From Octopus vulgaris (taxonomy: Eukaryota): a stretch of DNA of 64,000 nucleotides. Under the pieces are notes generated by a model. The model had not been told where the DNA came from. It ran no database searches and saw nothing but the letters and a program-made list of their open reading frames with translations. The stretch's first letter is position 1. Each line of letters begins with the position of its first letter. The DNA lies in assembly GCA_951406725.2 (NCBI GenBank), contig OX597814.1:24738001-24802000 (forward strand). The letters are read 5' to 3'. The position numbers and the translations under genes are program-made. Below, piece after piece: positions 27,076-39,835 of this stretch.

Positions 27076-28789
27076 GTAAATATATATATATCAATGGAAC
27101 ACCATCCGAGCGTGGCCGTTCGCCAGCCTCGTCTGGCACCTGTGTCGGTGGCACATAAAAAGCACCCACTACACTCACGGAGTGGTTGGCGTTAGGAAGG
27201 GCATCCAGCTGTAGAAACACTGCCAGATCTGACTGGCCTGGTGCAGCCTTCGGGCTTCCCAGACCCCAGTTGAACCGTCCAACCCATGCTAGCATGGAAA
27301 GTGGACGTTAAACGATGATGATGATGATGATATATGTGTGTGTGTATACATATAATTTTAATTCAGCATTATGCACTGGTGAGCATAAGACGAAAATAAT
27401 GAAGAAAGCTTTTATAAGAATACTTGTTATCTAGAATGATTAAGTTACATAAACTATGTTTGTAAAGAATGAACATAATATTCAAAACAAGCCATTCAAC
27501 AGCTGCGTTAACCCTTTAGATAGACTAATTAATGTTTCAGCAAGTCACCATTGCAAAAAAAGAAGAAATGAAAAACATCTCAAAATAGAATTTTTTTAAT
27601 ACTTCTTTAAAATTACTGATATGACAATTGGTATCTCTTATGATGACTGCTGTTTCAGCATATTTTCAGTAAATCACTGATTGGGATTTCTTATGCTTGA
27701 AGGATCAATTAATATTTTTAAAAAATAGAAGAAATTAGGCCCGATAATTATTTTCTTTTCAAACTTGTCTAATTTTTATTCTACTTTTAATCATAGTGTA
27801 CTGCCAAATATGTAATATATGTTTTATGAATTGTTGTTCAGGCACTTACTTTGTTTTTATTTTCTCATGTTTAGCACACATACTTTATTGTCTATTACAA
27901 GCTCCTAATACTACATTTTCAAAAAATACTGAACTTGCAATAATATCTGCCTAGTGTTTAAAAGTTTTTGTATTAAATTCTGAAGAACTACATTTCTATA
28001 TATTTTCTTACAGATCAAAAATTTTGTTTCATATGTATGAATAACAACAAATGTTTCAGTAATCTTTGAAACAACGTGGGCTAAATGATTTCGATAAACT
28101 AAGTGATGAAGTACATACAAGAAGAAACTTCTTCAGAGAATTAAATCTTGTATAATGACATTGGAAAGTAAAGTATGATTTCAAAGAGTTTTCTGTGTAC
28201 AAATATTTGTTAACTACAACTGACACTATATCTAGATAGTTTCCACAGTATAACTGCTGCATTACACTTCAAAATCCCATAGAAATATTGATATTATCAC
28301 ATTTATGTTTGAGATTATTGAGAAAAAATAGATTTGAGATCTTAAAATATAATATGAACAGCAACTTATGACAAGCTGTTACTATTTAAAAGATGAGGGT
28401 ATGAAATTACCTACCTAACAACGAATTCTTTTAAAACCCTTTCCAAACTTTACTCTTTGCTTGGAATCTTTCGATGTGTTAGGTGAATGACCAGTTTTAA
28501 ACGCATCGTATGCTGTTTGGTTTTCCAGGAGGAATAACCTTTAGCTTATTGATTAGCACCTTGATAATCATATTCTGTGGAATACAATTTTCTGTTAGCT
28601 GATTATAGGAAAATGAAAGGCAAAAGAAATCAATTCAAGTGTTCGGCAAGAAAGAGAGAGAGAGGGAGGGAGAGAGAAAAAGGGAGATAGAAAGAGAGAT
28701 AGAATGAAAGGAGAGTGACAGGGAAAGGAAAAATACAATACATTGTGCATAACATCCACTTTATTCTTTTTGCAGTACAATATTATCAC

Positions 28790-28905
28790 TATATCTATGT
28801 ATCTATCTATTTATCTGTCTATCTATCTGTTTGTCTATCTATCTATCTGTCTGTCTATCTTTCTATCTATCTGTTTATCTATCTATCCATGTATCTATCT
28901 ATCTC

Positions 28906-28940
<35 letters not shown>

Positions 28941-29172
28941 CTCTATCTATCTGTTTATCTATCTATCTGTCTGTCTATCTATCTATCTATCTCTCTATCT
29001 CTTTATCTATCTATCTGTCTGTCTATCTATCTATCTATCTACCTACCTACCTACCTACCTATCTGCCAATGTATCTGTTTACCTATCTATCTACCTATCT
29101 ATATTTCTTTCTTTTTATATTTATTTATCTATCTTGTTATTGATTTACCATTCTTTCTTTCTTTTTATCTGC

Positions 29173-29203
<31 letters not shown>

Positions 29204-29205
29204 CA
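28790..29205. repeat. (TATC)n/(TACC)n microsatellite
   Basis: Directly visible. Confidence 0.95.
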
Positions 29206-31111
29206 CTCACACATTTATGTATATAATACAATATAATAGAGAAATTGAAAATAAAATAGGAAATAAAAATTATTGAACTATTCTAAGCTAGTTTAGATAA
29301 ACAACTCTTTTAAAAAATTGAAAAAAAAATATCCTAGTTCTAGATTTCTGCACAAACGCAAACTATGACACGTCACACAATTGTTAAAACTGGAGTACAA
29401 GACAACAACACTCAAAATACATTTCTATAAAATGAGCTTATAATGAGCTTGAATATAAAATGATACTGTTGTTTACATTACTTTATTTTTACTATGTGAA
29501 AAAAAAAAGAAGTACTTAATAAATCTCTGACATTATGACATTCCATATGAATTACATTGACAGAAATTTATGAAGGATTTCTTAATTCAGTACAAATACC
29601 TTTGAATGACAATGAAAAAAAAAAAAGAAAATGGGAATTTGTAATATATGTGCATTTCTTAAATGTATTAGTGCAGTAAACAGAATCATTTGCACTTGGA
29701 CTGCTGCACAAGATGCAAAATATTGTGTGTGGTTACTAAAAGAATGAATAGGTTTATTTTTCTAGTTGGGTAAGCCCAGCCATCTCAGCCCATACAGAAC
29801 TACAGCATGAAGGAATTTTAATGAACTCTTGAGAGTAGATTGCAGGTCAATTGAACTAAATTTCAAGAACAAATAAGTGCAACTTGCATAAAAAAATCAA
29901 GTTATGAAAATATAATAAACATCATATGTAATGTGCTGTATGCAATATAATCACATTAAGCAAATCATGGAAACTTATTAGAACCAAAACTAAAGTACAT
30001 GTAGAAATATCTTAGTAAAAAATATTGTATTCATTTTGTCATAACATTATTCGTTATGTACTTCAGTAAGGAAAACTACATATGACCCAAGTATTAAAAC
30101 AGGATTTTAAGGATTTCAGGTTGGATTAAACATCATTGTATAATCATCATCCTAACTCATGATCATTTTGTGTTAATTTTGCTGAAAGTTTAAAATCTAG
30201 AAAAAATACATCTTCATCACCATCATCGTCATCATCATTAGTTAACGTCCATTTTCAATGCTTGTGTGGGTTGGACAGTTTGACTGGGGTCTGAGAAACC
30301 AGGAGGCTGCACCTGGCTCCAGTCTGATCTGACAGTGTTTCTACAGCTAGATGCTCTTCCTAACACCAACTGCTCTGAGGGTGTAGTGTGTGCTTTTTAT
30401 GTGCCACCAGCATGGGAGCCAATCAAGGCGGCGATATCTGCATATACAGATTTTATGCATTCTTGATTTTTAAAAATGTTTCTCTCATTGCTTCCTGATA
30501 TTGTTCTTGAAAAGTTAATAAATCTTGGCACCCTTCCATTTATTTTTTTTCTTCTTTCATGTTCTTGACTTTCTTGTAATTAGTATTAATATAACATATA
30601 GCACTTGATTATGGTGCCAATTTTATCCCTTTAGCTTAAGTGCTACATGACAATTTGTCAATATAAGCCTCAGGTTGTCGTGCTTTCATTTATTAAGTGA
30701 ATGCTCTACCATTTTGGAACATCTCCATATTTTTAGGTTTAGTCGTTATAGGTGCAATATCAATTTAACAATAATAGGGAACTTTAAAGATATTCGGCAA
30801 TATTTAGTAGAGATAGCATGCAACATTAACAAGTTCCCTTAAACTTATTATACAGAATCTTCAAATGTTGTTTTATTTCAGTGCTGACGCTTTTTAGTCA
30901 TTTGGCAATCCAACTACTCCAAAATATTCTTGACCATGTCTTTTATCTTTATACTTTAAACTCAAAGTTTTTAAATGGTTACCTCTCTTTTTTTATATTA
31001 TTATTTTCCTATATTTGCAAAGTTATTTAAATTTTTCAACGTCTTTATATTATTTCATCTTATTTCAATTTTATGTGTTAATTCAAAATCAGAAGAAACT
31101 TCCTAAGATAT

Positions 31112-31789
31112 TTCGTTTTTGGATTTGGTTTGCAAAATTCTACATATGAGTTTGTGTGTTGAAGCATATTCTGTTGTGTCTGGGGAGAGTCATTTTTTTT
31201 TTGTGCCTTATAATGTAAGGTAAAATTTCCACTTGTTTTTATTTTCCTATTGAAAAGGTTGCAAGATGCATCAAAAATTTTAGGAAAACAAAAATCTCTA
31301 TATATATAAACGGCAGTTTGTCTGTCTGTGTGTCTGTGTGGCTGTCAGGTTGTACCCTCACTCTGACCACGGCTTTGAACCGATTCTGATGAAACTTGAC
31401 ACACACATAGCCCACTGTCATAATTCAAAACTAACGCAGCGAAAATTTTGAAAAGTTCCCCCAGTTCTGAAAAAAAATCGATAAATTCAACATGAGGTCG
31501 AGAATCTAAGCTTTTTATATGCAACACATTTTCTGTCGGGAGACAGCTAGGAACATCGTATACATAGAAGTATTCGAGTGAAGAGAAGACATTGCAACCT
31601 ACACATGCGCCTTCGTTCCCTAGAGGGAAAGAACTAAATTGGGATTAGTCGTTGCCTACTAAGGGCTCTTACATACCCGGGCAATGCTAGGCTATGCTGC
31701 TAGTAAGAAATAAGTGGAAATTTTACCGGTGAGTGTGTTACATTATAAGGCACAAAAAGAAAATGACTCTCCCCAGACACAACAGAATA
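31112..31789. mobile_element. Fold-back insertion with 11-bp TSD, interrupted by a Helitron
   Basis: Inverted arms about 31166-31240 and 31705-31790. Direct repeat TCCTAAGATAT at 31101-31111 and 31790-31800. A fragment of the same family lies at 5402-5448. Confidence 0.6.
31295..31703 (+). mobile_element. Non-autonomous Helitron
   Basis: A|TCTCTATATATATAAA start, (GTCT)n-like tract, degenerate subterminal hairpin cccgggcaatgctaggc and CTAG|T end. Confidence 0.75.
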
Positions 31790-32619
31790 TCCTAAGATAT
31801 ATTTTTGTTTTCAAAAGCACAAAGAAGTACTGCATTTATTATGAAGTGATTTTTTCCCCTAATTACAGTTTAATCATTAGTTTTCATTTATTTATGGGTG
31901 GTCATTAACATTGAAAATAAATGTATACAGTTCACTCTGTTAAATGGTTGGTGTGAGGAGGGGGCTTTCAGCTGTAAAAAACCATGTCATATGTTATCAT
32001 AATGAATTGCCTGATGCCTCTCAGAGAGTAGCAATGACCTGCTCCTCTCATGTCAACTTGAAAAGTGAATGTAAGACAATGATACTAATGAGAAGAATGA
32101 ACACACACACACACACACACACACATTGATAATATTAATTTGACTGGGACTGCAGATATTTGCTCTTAACAAGCTAATAAATTGATTTAGTTGAATAAAT
32201 CTTTAATAGTGAAGCCTGATGCCCCAGATGAACCAATTTTGCGACAGGAAGTGTAGATGAGGGCGGCTGCATCAAACTCTCTCATGCACCAAATGTCAAT
32301 AGCTAAAAAGCATTCATGAAGTAAAATTATGTAGCAACACCAAATGGCGGTGCCCCAGTATGGCCCCAGCTAGTGAGCTGAACCTAGATGAAATAAAAAA
32401 AAAAAATTAAAATAAAATAAAAAGTCAAAGCAATTTAATTTATAAATTCTACTCTGTTTTATGTATAGAATCTCATCCTCAGTAAATATTTTGTGTTTTT
32501 GCTTAACGATACCAAATAATACATATATCTACATCTATTTCTTAGCACCATCCTACCTGGGTTCTTATATGCAAGTGATATGTGGGATACTATGAAGAGG
32601 ATAGACCATCGATTTAATA

Positions 32620-32905
32620 TGATATAAATGGTTATGGAAAGATCCATGATAGGATTATCATATTCTAAATGAGATAATTCAAGACAGAAACAGAGAGTGA
32701 ATGATGTGATTGCAGGATATTAAAAGCACAAGTTGTCACTGGGTTGGACATATCGCAAGGCTCACAGATAACATCTGAGTGGTATCAAGAAATCAGACAA
32801 AGCCAGTTCAAAGGCTCCCATGGTGATGGGAAGACAATTTAGTAAAGCGATTTGGGTCACGATGTAAAAATATGGTGCAATCAAGACAGAAATGCAAGTG
32901 CATTG
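32620..32905 (+). mobile_element. Old RTE-type LINE C-terminal fragment
   Basis: MERSMIG..NEIIQDR..VNDVI..WVGHIARLTDN..WEDNL across frameshifts. Confidence 0.6.
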
Positions 32906-32995
32906 TAAATAGCAGTGTACAATAACATTTCCTGGTGTATTCAATACTATGATACTGTGCTGGTTATACATATCTAAAGTATATATATCAATATA

Positions 32996-33044
<49 letters not shown>

Positions 33045-33048
<4 letters not shown>

Positions 33049-33538
33049 AAATATTAGGGAATAAATCCAAACTTACAGGGAAATATCAGATTTAGGATTA
33101 AATCCAATTTTATAGTATAAATATATTATATTAAATTAGAGATAAAACCACTATTAGGCAAATCAAACAATGAAAAACATAAGCCGATACATAAAATTAA
33201 TTAATTTATATTATTTAAAATATATATCAAAAGTATTAAAAGTTTAATAAATGATAATGAGTAAAACACTACGATCGTTTCATGGCTGTCCAATTCGTAA
33301 TAATTCGAGTTATGGTTACAGTCAATCTTCAGGTAATTGAAATATTTATCTTAGCGAGGTCTAACCATAACTCGAATTATTACGATCATAGTGTTTTACT
33401 CATTATCTTTTATTAAACTTTTAATACTTTTGATATATATTTAAAATAATATAAATTAATTAATTTTATGTATTGGCTTATGTTTTTCATTGTTTGATTT
33501 GCCTAATAGTGGTTTAATCTCTAATTTAATATAATATA
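33045..33538 (-). mobile_element. PLE 3' end with about 175-bp inverted arm; hammerhead at 33267-33335
   Basis: 33125-33275 and 33296-33319 are mirrored by 33362-33535. Reverse complement tac-CTGAAGA-ttgactgt..acagccat-GAAAC-gatc-GTA-gtg. (TA)n on both sides. Confidence 0.75.
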
Positions 33539-33575
33539 ATATATATATATATATATATATTTATTATATAGAAGG

Positions 33576-33626
33576 AGCTTCTACAGGACTAGTACTGTTT
33601 CATTCAAGAGAAATCTTCAGGAAGCT
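33576..33626 (-). ncRNA. Complete type-I hammerhead ribozyme (mirror copy)
   Basis: Exact reverse complement of 33623-33673. Confidence 0.8.
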
Positions 33627-33673
33627 TCCTGAAGATTTCTCTTGAATGAAACAGTACTAGTCCTGTAGAAGCT
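33623..33673 (+). ncRNA. Complete type-I hammerhead ribozyme
   Basis: agcttc-CTGAAGA-tttc(tctt)gaat-GAAACAG(tactagtc)CTGTA-gaagct: 6-bp stem I, ACAG/CTGT stem III, GUA triplet. Confidence 0.85.
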
Positions 33674-33789
33674 CCTTCTATATAATAAATTAATTTTACT
33701 CTGCTATGTATTGAGTACCTTACTTACTGTGGTTAACCCCGAATCAACCCGGGACCTACATATATATATATATATATATACACTTATAT

Positions 33790-34197
33790 ATACTCTTTTT
33801 ACTCTTTTACTTCTTTCAGTCTTTTGACTGCGGCCATGCTGGAGCACCGCCTTTAATCGACCAACTCGACCCCAGTACTTATTCTTTTGTAAGCCCAGTA
33901 CTTATTCTATCGGTCTATTTTTCTGAACTGCTAAGTAACAGGGACATAAACACACCAGCATCGGTTGTCAAGCAATGCTAGGGGGACAAACACAGACACA
34001 CAAACACACACACGCATATATATACATATATACGATGGGCTTCTTTCAGTTTCCGTCTACCAAATCCACTCACAAGGCTTTGGTCGGCCCGAGGCTATAG
34101 TAGAAGACACTTGCCCAAGGTGCCACGCAGTGGGACTGAACCCGGAACCATATGGTTGGTAAACAAGCTACTTACCACACAGCCACTACTGCGCCTA
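33790..34197 (-). mobile_element. SINE family A
   Basis: Full-length match to the family. Confidence 0.85.
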
Positions 34198-34498
34198 TAT
34201 ATATATATATAGAATATATATATGTGAGTATATGTATGTACATGTACAATATATATATATTTATGCATACATATATATGTGTGTGTATGTATGTATATAT
34301 ATATATATATATGTGTGTAATTAAATACTTTACAAGTATGCAAGTACTTTAATACATTAGTAAATTTTTTTACCTTTGAAAAATTATGATGTATTAAATT
34401 TGTAAAATATTTATTTGAACTTCAGTAAATGAAATATATTCTACATTATTATAGATAGAGTTCTTTTGAGTAATGGCCTTCTGCTAATCATCTTATGT

Positions 34499-34529
<31 letters not shown>

Positions 34530-35729
34530 ATACATGTATATATGTAGTGTGTGTGTGCATATGTATATAGTGTGTGCATATATATATATATACACATTCA
34601 TATATATGTATATATAATATATAAATTAGATATATATATATATATACATGTATAAATGTATACACAGGTATATATATAAATATGTGTGTATATATACATG
34701 GACGTATACAAACATATATATATGTATGTCTACATGAGATGTTTATGCAGTTATGTTTGTATGCATGTATGCATGCATGTGTACATTTTATGACAATATT
34801 TATCAGCGAGAATGAAAGCCGGAAACTTTGTACAAATTCTTTTGTGATATAAAATAAATAGATAAATAACTCAGTTTAATGTTTTGGAGAAATCTTAGAA
34901 TATACACAGTCTGATTCAGCAATTGCATCTAGTTATTAGATTAGGATATTAAATGTGTCTATCATAATCCTCACACCCAGAACCTATTTCAGACGTCTGT
35001 GAGCAAAAAATGTGATGAGGTTGGCTTCCTGAATCAATTGACTTCCTTTCTCTCTCTCTTTCTTTCTCTCTAACTTTTTATTCTTCCCTTTCTTTTCTTC
35101 CTCATCTTTCCCTCTGTACATATATATAGTTATATGTATGTGTACGTGTGTGTGTGCATGTGTGTATGTGTTTAGATAGGTATGTGATTAAAACTATGCA
35201 TATTTGCATGTTTAAGAGTTTAAGTGCATTACTCAAATGTTGCTGTTGCTGTTGATTTTACTCTCTTCAACACAATACAATGTATCAAGAAAAACCTAAC
35301 CAACCCATGCTAGCATGGAATGCAGACATAAAATATTCATTGTATCTCATCATCATAATCATCATCATTCATCATCATTATCATCACCATCTTTGTTTTT
35401 ATGTTTACAAAACATAATTTCCAGAAATTTTGTTTTGTAAATTTCCAGAAATTTTGTTTTGTAAATTTTGTTTTGTAAACGACAGACTATGCTGATGATC
35501 TTGCAGATATTTGCGTGTTCATATACGTAAATATTAACAAGTGAAACCATGGTACGTAGGTAATCATTTTTTTATTTCGTATATCTTTATTTGTCTTGCT
35601 TATTTTTACATTTTGGTTTTTTGCTGAGATTTTTTCTTGAGAACACATTCTTCATGGTAATGACGATTTGACATCTATGTTTAGCATATAGGGTGTCCAC
35701 TTTAGTGGTCATTCCTTTAAATTTTGTAT

Positions 35730-36115
35730 AGGCGCAGGAGTGGCTGTGTGGTAAGTAGCTTGCTAACCAACCACATGGTTCCGGGTTCAGTCCCACTGCG
35801 TGGCATCTTGGGCAAGTGTCTTCTGCTATAGCCCCGGGCCGACCAATGCCTTGTGAGTGGATTTGGTAGACGGAAACTGAAAGAAGCCTGTCGTATATAT
35901 GTATATATATGTATGTGTGTGTCTGTGTTTGTCCCCCTAGCATTGCTTGACAACCGATGCTGGTGTGTTTACGTCCCCGTAACTTAGCGGTTCGGCAAAA
36001 GGGACCGATAGAATAAGTACTGGGCTTACAAAGAATAAGTCCCGGGGTCGATTTGCTCGACTAAAGGCGGTGCTCCAGCATGGCCACAGTCAAATGACTG
36101 AAACAAGTAAAAGAG
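35730..36115 (+). mobile_element. SINE family A
   Basis: aggcgcaggagtggctgtgtggtaag..gggttcagtccc head on the + strand. Confidence 0.85.
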
Positions 36116-36301
36116 AAAGAGAAAAAAAAATATATCATCATCATCATTTAACGTCCGGGTAAATTGGAGTCGATTTTTTTTTTTAATGGATCATATTTCT
36201 GAAAATCTGTAAATATCCATAGCATTTATATGAATATTAACAAGGTAAGTGGACCGAACAAGTTGGTGATGAAACAATTGTAAATTTACTATATAATATA
36301 T

Positions 36302-36640
36302 AATTGTTTCATCCCTATTTGAACTCAAGTATATTGCTATATCATTATAAAATATATGCAAATATAGACTTAAGCCTTATCTTTATTTTGATATAATCAA
36401 ATGTCAACACATCAGGAACTCACATTACCATGAATTTATACCTATAGTAAATAGGTGTGTTTACATGAATACATTTGTGCATCGCAAGTTAGACAAAAAT
36501 GAAAAAATGAATTTTATATATGCTTCTGATAAATCAAAATTTGATTATATCAATATAATGATACAAGGTAAGTCTATAGTTGTATATATCATTTAATAAC
36601 AGTAATACTCTTGATTTCAAATGTTGGTGAAACAACGTGC
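36302..36640. repeat. Old imperfect fold-back with about 130-bp arms and hammerhead-like remnants
   Basis: 36302-36436 is an imperfect mirror of 36507-36640. Each arm has CTGAT(g/a).. about 95 nt ..GAAAC pointing outward. Confidence 0.45.
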
Positions 36641-37593
36641 TCACTCCACTCTCTTTGTTAGTAATCATATGTGTGGTGTGTGGTTCTTTAAGCATTTTTG
36701 AGCTTAATAACTATCGTCATGCTATGAAAATATGCAGGTAAATACATTGAAGAGTTATTCAACAAATGGTACAGCCTTGGTGTTTAATGTCAAATATATA
36801 TACTGTTCTATTTTGATGTCCATTTTTTCCCATCTTAGCATGCATCAAAATATATCGCTGGGGCATTGTTTTCTGGATAGATGTTCTGACTGTCACTAAC
36901 CCTTTGTGTAAGGGACTATTCCAGACATCTTTGAAAGCACAATGCCAGTGGATGATTTCATGACAAGTGAAATGACAACAATGTCAACACATGTAGCTCA
37001 GTGATTTATAGAGAAGCTAAGATGTAAACAAGCACCTAAACAAACATGTATACATGCACTCACACACATGAACAAAGACACACACATGCTTGGTGTGTGT
37101 GTGTGTGCACGTGTGTGTGTGTATGTGTGTTTGGGTGCATTATTAAACATTATATCCTTATAAACATACAAACAAAAATAAAATTACTGCTGGGACTTAA
37201 ACCAGATATCTACTCTTTGCTAGTTAAATAGCATTACCAAGTGCACAGCAATGAGTTCATATCTCCTCCCTAAATTAGATATAAACATCTCTCCCTTCTT
37301 TTTAACAAAACCTTTCAGTCTCCGTCACCATCTCACCTACCTCACAGTTAATTTGTCAACCACTTAGCACTAGCAGGCCAGGCTATATTAGTGGAAATGG
37401 CCTGCTTTCTTGACATAAGTGGCTGACAAATTATTTGTGAAGTAGCTGAGATGATGCTGTTGATGGAACAGTTCAGTTAAAAAGCAAATAATATACTTAG
37501 TATGAAAAAAAGAATTGTATTATACATATTAAGAGTGGTTAAACTGATAATACAGTTGCCTGGCAGTCAAAAGATATAGTGTTAAAATCCCCA

Positions 37594-37630
<37 letters not shown>

Positions 37631-37863
37631 ATGATTCTTTATCCATTTTATGTTGCTTTTTTCAGCTTATCTATAGTTTTATATCTTATTGTTCACTTTT
37701 AATTTAGCTTATTATTACAGAAATAATTTTAATTACTGAAGTGATTGTTTAGTCTTATTTGTTCCCAATATAATGTAGAATCAAATTACAGTACTTGACA
37801 CATTATTTAGCCTTAAAAATAATTTATATTACGAATAAGGTCTTGGCATTCCTTCTATACATA

Positions 37864-39092
37864 CAGGGGTTAGACAAAATAATGGAAACACCTTAAAATT
37901 TCAAACGAATTTATTTTAATATGGGGTAGGACTGCCTTTGGCAGTAATTACAGCTTGAATTCTACAGGGTATGGACTCATACAAAGTTTGAATTGTTTCC
38001 AAAGAAATTTTTGTCCATTCTTCAGCAGCTAAAACAATGTCCAGTTCTTGTAGTAATGATGGTGGAGGATATCAAATTCTTACTTGTTTTTCTAAAATGC
38101 ACCATAAATGTTCAATAATATTGAGATCTGGGGGCTGTGGTGGCCCGATAAGATGTTCAAATTCACTAGAATGTTTCTCATGCCATTTAGTAACAAATTT
38201 AGCAGTGTGAATTGGTGCATTAGCATCCTGAAAGATTGCATTTCCCTCCAGAAATAATTCCACAACCATAGGATTAATTTGACCAGATAAAATGATTAAA
38301 TAGTCTTCACTATTAATTCTGCCATGAAGAGAAACCATTGGGCTGGTGGATTTCCAAGATATAGCCCCCCCAGATCATTACAGATCTTCCTCCATGTTTA
38401 ACAGTTGGAAGAAGGCAGTCTTTTGGCTGTCTCCACATATATACTCAGCCAATGGTTGGAAATAGGGTAAAGGATGACTCTTGGAACCAATTCTGTAGGT
38501 TTTTACTCCACACTAAACACTTTGCAACGTTTGTTTTTGAAAGTACTGGTTTTCTGATTGCAGCCCTCCCATGAAATCCGGCTTTGTGCAGCTCCTGGTG
38601 AACAGTTTCTATAGAAACTGGGTTCTCACGGTGGTCATTTAGCTTTGCAGTAATATTGGGAGTTGTATTTTTGTGATCCTTTCTAACAATTCGTATAAGA
38701 GTCCAACGGTCTCTATCTGAAAGTTTTGGTTTTCTTCTGGAGTTTTGTTTCGACAAGATTTTTCCCTCTTTCTCAAAGGCTGTCATTACTTTCAAGACAA
38801 TACTTCTTGATACACCAAACATTTCGGCTGTTTGCATTGCACTAGTGCCTGCCATACGAGCACCAACATTTTGACATCTTTGAAAGTCCGATAGATCTGT
38901 CATTTTAATGAATTTTAATTACCTTTCTCTGAAGATATCTGAAAAGAAACAGCAATTTTAGCAAAACATATTTAGCAACACAAATAATAAATCATAAAAC
39001 ATAAAAATAAGCAAGCTTTTGCTGGTTTTATAGATATTTCTAAATTATGATGCTTTGATGCTAGGTGCTTCCATTATTTTGTCCAACCCCAG
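37864..39092 (-). mobile_element. Full-length Tc1-like transposon with TIRs, disrupted transposase
   Basis: TA|caggggttagacaaaataatggaaacacct ... aggtgcttccattattttgtccaaccccag|TA. ORFs 38445-38903 (HTH, GFHGRAAIRKP) and 38072-38338 (FQDANAPIH..PDLNIIEHLW). Confidence 0.92.
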
Positions 39093-39402
39093 TATATCCA
39101 TTCACATGTGTAAATACACAAATGTACACACACAAACTCAATTATTAAGCAACCATCAACATGTATACATACTCCTATATTCATAAATAGACACATAAAA
39201 CCATGCATACATCTACATTTAGTATTATGTATATATATATAATAAAATATATTTTGTATAATTTGGGTGAAAACCTCATTGTATGCATATAAGAGCTCTT
39301 ATGTTGCTATTTGGCTACCATGATATCCTACAGTGGGGTATATTTCAGGGCTAGATTCGCATGTGGAACTCCTCTTTACATAATATTAATACAAGGATAA
39401 TA

Positions 39403-39835
39403 TAACATGAAGATGGAGGATAACAGGCTTTAGTAGTTGATCACAACATATGTTTCTGCACCACACAACAGCTCTAAGTTGCAGATTTTACATTCAACAA
39501 TCATTATAGAAGAACATTCTTTATAATTAGTATACAGTTGAATGCTGCCTAGCAACAGGTATATGTGGATACATCTTCAGGGCAGAATATGATTATTTCC
39601 TGTTGGATTTTTCTTACAACCCAACCCCAAGAATCCAACAGGAATTAATCTTATTCCATCCTGATGAAGTGCCCACACATGGTTGTTGCTGGGCAGCATT
39701 CATCTGTATAACAATTATAAAGAATGTTCTTCTATAATTGTCTTTGAATATTAATTCAACATCTTAAAGCTGGTGTGTGGTGCAGAAACAAATGTGATCT
39801 ACTATTAAAGTCTGTTATCCTCCATCCTCGTGGTA
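39403..39835. mobile_element. Diverged fold-back (about 205-bp arms) with head-to-head long-stem-II hammerhead motifs
   Basis: + strand: CTGATGA at 39661, tgcccacaca/tgtgtggtgca stem, GAAAC at 39785. - strand: CTGAAGA at 39580-39574, GAAAC-atat-GTT at 39456-39445. Confidence 0.6.

Larger units (their letters stand above)
33559..33760 (+). mobile_element. PLE 3' end forming a perfect 132-bp palindrome (33559-33690) plus 70-bp tail
   Basis: Exact dyad centred on GAAG|CTTC (33624/33625); (TA)n on both sides. Confidence 0.85.

Noticed and set aside
31387-31400. CTGATGAAAC inside the Helitron (similar at 5657 and 49551)
   Set aside because: No stem I/II/III architecture around the motif; not a hammerhead.
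35730-35810. tRNA-like A/B boxes (also at 9622 and about 56480-56555)
   Set aside because: SINE heads with no complete cloverleaf; not tRNA genes.
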